This document shows positions 59,837-64,000 of a stretch of DNA of 64,000 nt, piece after piece. The stretch lies in contig CM082579.2 of NCBI GenBank assembly GCA_040954595.2, forward strand, positions 11,335,625 through 11,399,624. The letters run 5' to 3'. The notes under the pieces are model-generated. The model ran no database searches and was not told where the DNA came from. It saw only the letters and a list, made by a program, of their open reading frames with translations. Both the position numbers and the translations under genes were made by a program. How positions within the stretch are numbered: position 1 is the stretch's first letter; every line of letters begins with the position of its first letter. This stretch comes from Balanoglossus misakiensis. Lineage: Eukaryota; Animalia; Hemichordata.

Positions 59837-62800
59837 AACTTGTCAGCATCCACAGGCAATAACACATAGCAACACAGCGTGTTTTACTGTTAACATTACA
59901 TAGCAGATGCATGCGGCGCCACCGTCGCCGTACATTCCTGGCATACATTATCCAAGCAATGTCGGAAGCCCAATAGGAGGGAAGAAAACTTTTCCGATAT
60001 TTAACGACGATATACCCGTCGTCTTTGATCATGCCACAAGTCCACGACAATATCAATACAAATATGGCGCTAGTGTGTGTTTTGTCACCACTGTAGTCCT
60101 GCACATACTTCAGTAAAGAATAGACGTCCGGTAAAACCAGCATAGTAAAACTAAATAAAACTCGATTCTAACGTGACTTGACAGCGACTTCCACCGATCC
60201 ATGGTTACTCCAGCGTCAATTAAAACTGTTTACACACAGCTCTATATTCCCATGATCGCATCATGTGCCCCTGGGACATATTATATTGTCAACGTCATTG
60301 CCACTATAATGGTAACGAGTATTGTTTTTATTTTTGAGGGGTGACGTACGAAGGGTTTCCCATGTAGACTGTGGCCAAAAGCGACACTCGCACAGTCACT
60401 ATAGCAACGAGAAATAACCTGAAAATAAGGTATAAGCCCCCCCCCACCCCAAAAAGAGAATGGTGCAACTTCAGCCGCGTTTAGGCCACGTCCACGTGCC
60501 ACTCTCCACTGCTGCATTGTCCAGATAGCGCATTAAGTATTTGTTGGAGAATTTTCCCCGCTTCAAAGTGTTAGCCACAAATGTATGATTGATTAATCAC
60601 ACACTTTTCCTCATAGTATGTAGATGCGCATCTTCTCAGCTTCTGTTTAATTGTTATAATAATATTGAAATACACGCTTCAATCACGGCAACTGCGAGTA
60701 TTTTTTGCGTGCGCGGTTTTATGTTGTTGTTGTTGTTTGACATTTTTTTGACATGTCAGATTTGCTCCTAAGAGAGAGAGACACTGTTTTTGTCAAGGAG
60801 ACTGTAGACTGTTTCTTATTAGTTGTCATTGGCTCTTATTTTGTTTTCACGTTTGTCTTTGCCTGGTTTCTTGCATGTTTTCATTCCTTTCTTCACCCAT
60901 TTTAAATGCCCGTGACAGTTTAAAAGGTAAAAAGATATGCAAAGTTCGTTGGCTTATTAAGCTATCAGCAAATGTTATGTCTGTTTTCTGGAACCACACA
61001 ACTTCTCGTCTGTGGTGAAGGAATAACGAAATCGTGACAAAACATATTCTGTTGTTGTCCTTGGTAATTTCAAGAACTACCCCCTTATTAGACTGTTACA
61101 AAGACAAAAGAGTATGTTTTTCAAAAATGCAACAGTGAAATTTTAGTGACATTGGTAAGATTGCGGAAGTCTAATAGTGGCGTTCATTTTTCGTATTTCA
61201 CAGAAAATATAAGGTACTTTCTTCATTTTCATCACAGATCTAGAATACAAAAATGCAGGCATTCATAAGGAATGACAAGGGCAGGCATTATACACACTCT
61301 CATGCATGCTGGCATCTGTGTTGACAGGCGGATAGACTTTTCTTGGACCAGTACACCAAAACTTGCCAGGAATGCACGTTGCCTCCGTTTGACAGTTGCC
61401 ACAGGCAAAAGGCCCACAGGAGATTAGTTGATTTCAGCAGGTTGCAAGCATTTTGGCCGGGTCTGGGGATAGACAAAATATATTGATGCAATGAATGAAG
61501 ACAGCACACATTTTGGCTTAGATCAGGTGTGGGCAAATGGCAACTGTGAGCAGCAGCCCAGCTTAATACTCAATACAGAAGTGAATTGGTGTGAAATTTA
61601 GGCAACTTCTTGCCAAAATTGCTTTAAAACAGCAATGTAATCTTAATGTCCACAACTGAAGGCTGGTTGAGCTGTAAGGGGGTGCTGTTTAACCTGGCAA
61701 CTCCCCAAATGCCTGTAAGATCTGCGTTGAAATTGAAGAAAGAACACAGATTTTAGCATGGTTGAACACCAAAGCCCCCGTGTGTGTTTCAGTGCATATA
61801 CAGTTAATAATTGATGCTTGAGTTTGATGGCGTGCCAAATATACTACAGTCAGGTATTTCACAGAAAATATAGGGCACTTTCTTCATTTTCATCACAGAT
61901 ATATGTTTATTTTCATATTTCTGATGTAGATTCAGAGACTTAAAGGTATACAGTCACCTCCAATTTACACACGCCCATATATGGCTGAAATGGCGTATTT
62001 GGGCATTCTAAAGAACAGATGGTCGCGCTTTTTTTCGCGTGTGCCACCTACATAAAATCTGTGATTGGCTAGATCTCAGTTTGCCATGGTAACTATAGCT
62101 AATTTTCAATAGGTGACCGTATCCCGTTAAAATATGTATAAATGTTCTCGTGAAAAATGTGGCATAATATACTGAAAATACTTTTTGAATCTGGACACGT
62201 TCCAAGCCATATACTAACAAATGTGGCGTAATCCAGATTTAACCGGCTGTCTATCTCAATGTTATGTGAACGTGTCATGGCCATGTCACGGTGACTGAAT
62301 TGCTGGCATCGGAAGTAACTACGTTGATTCTCTGACCAAGTATGCAGTGTTCTAATCAACACAAATGTCTGAATTTAGTCCCACTGAGATAGCAAAGACG
62401 TACTGCTAATGAGGATGTACTATTGGGACGAACTGGCGATGGATGAAGTTTGGAAAAAAGTGGATCCTTGCATATACTAAGACTATAACACAACCTACGG
62501 CCTCATTAATTTACATGTTACCCAGAAATTTCTACATTCAATTCACTTTAGTTAAATATTAATAATGCGAGTTAATGTCATTTCGTACCTTCTGGCCCAA
62601 GGAAAAATGAGAATGTGTATCAGGAGAAAAAAAGAGTATCAGCTATCTGTTAAATGGCATTAAAAAATTAGACAACATATCATACACTATGCTTCTTGCA
62701 AACTCGTTAAAATTTCAATTTATTAATTTAGACACCGTACATGTATGATCACACGCCGCGCCTTTCCCAAGTAGTTCGTAAAATTCCTATAGTAGCCGAT

Positions 62801-63926
62801 GGCATTTCCGGTTAAAACTTTCCGTACTGTATCATATGGATGACGTGCATAAGTTTGTGGTCATTCCAGAGCTTTTGTATCACTGAGTACAGAAATAACG
62901 CATACTACATGACAATTATTTGACATTAATAGTACGTAGGAAACAGATTACATGGATGGGTTAATACTATATCCATGTATTGACCAGCCATTTAAGAGCA
63001 TACGCCTGTCTACTCGAGAAGAATATTGAGTCGCTTCAAACTGTATAGTTAAATATAGTTAAATATTGATAAAACCAATTTATCAATCTACTAATGTCAT
63101 TTCAAACCTCGTTAAGAATATATATTCGGGAGAAAAGAAACACAGAGTGCCAGGTATACTAGAAAAAAATTGCATTACAAATTTAAACGTGAAGACAATT
63201 AAATGAGCCTCCGGCACGCGCACTCAGCTCTTAAAATTCCTTTGGTGGCCATGTTACTTTTCGAAAAATGAAAAAAATCTTTGAAAAACTACTTTCAAGA
63301 ACCTTTTCTCAAGAACCACCAGACAGTTCGGAATGGTTGGATGACTACTTATCGATATGTGCGGCGACATTTGCATGGTGGTTCTCTTAGATTAACCATA
63401 TCTGCATAATAGGCTTCTCTTTAGTTCTTATATCTTGTGCATATTTAATTCCATGCTAAAAAGTGACCAGTGGTGTTCGTTTTGTCGGTGGTGGATCAGC
63501 CCGGGCCCTAAATTTAACGCAACTTCCGGATGACATTTGACCAACATTTGCATAGTATGTACAGTATATGTGTTCCTTGTATTTTGTGGAACACGGCACT
63601 ATATGGAGAAATTCATTCAATGACAACTTTGCAAATATTTATTTGTTAATTACGCTCCTGCCTTATTCAAATTTTCCTATTTATGCTAAAGGGAATTTAA
63701 GTCAGAAAATTAAGATATTTGAATAGCCTAACTCGAGAATGTAAACTTTGTAAAATAGTTGTGAAAACCACCTTCTAGAGTAAGGGATTCCCTACCAAAC
63801 CAATTTGCGGACAACCATTCGGCTAAACCACATCCCAAGGATTGTCGTTCATGTTTATCTCATTTAGCTGCTAAAGAAAACATTTTGCAAAAAATGACAA
63901 TCCATTTATTCGACATTACGTGATAT
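59837..63926. repeat. Tandem segmental duplication, unit 2 (4090 bp); unit 3 begins at 63927
   Basis: Highly similar to unit 1 apart from indels. Confidence 0.93.
61944..62126 (+). mobile_element. MITE family F (183 bp)
   Basis: TTAA at 61940-61943 and 62127-62130; homologous to 58717-58901; absent at the equivalent unit-1 site ~57887. Confidence 0.9.
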
Positions 63927-64000
63927 AACTTGTCAGCATCCACAGGCAATGACACATAGCAACACAGCGTGTTTTACTGTTAACATTACATAGCAGATGC

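Overview
AT-rich, repeat-dense metazoan genomic DNA. A marine invertebrate origin is inferred only from the transposon content. No intact host gene is recognisable. Block 1 (~130-44640): a giant decayed inverted repeat with arms ~130-24015 and ~25796-44640 and a ~1.8-kb spacer. Each arm is itself built from older nested inverted repeats and carries its own insertions: TTAA Kolobok-type elements, Academ/AcademH, Harbinger, hAT, Helentron-associated HINEs, a LINE fragment, a solo LTR and two different intron-containing ZNF862-like hAT transposase fragments. Block 2 (44832-54332, minus strand): a very young full-length Gypsy LTR retrotransposon. Its 542-bp LTRs differ at one position seen by eye, and it has a CAAT TSD, tRNA-Leu-type PBS, PPT, a GGGAAAC -1 frameshift signal and one nonsense codon in integrase. 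It also has an unusually long Gag and an extra non-Env ORF3 carrying a zinc finger and an E2F-like cyclin-docking motif. Block 3 (~55236-64000): a tandem array of 4.1-4.6-kb units holding decayed gene remnants. All identities and alignments were read by eye and no database search was run.
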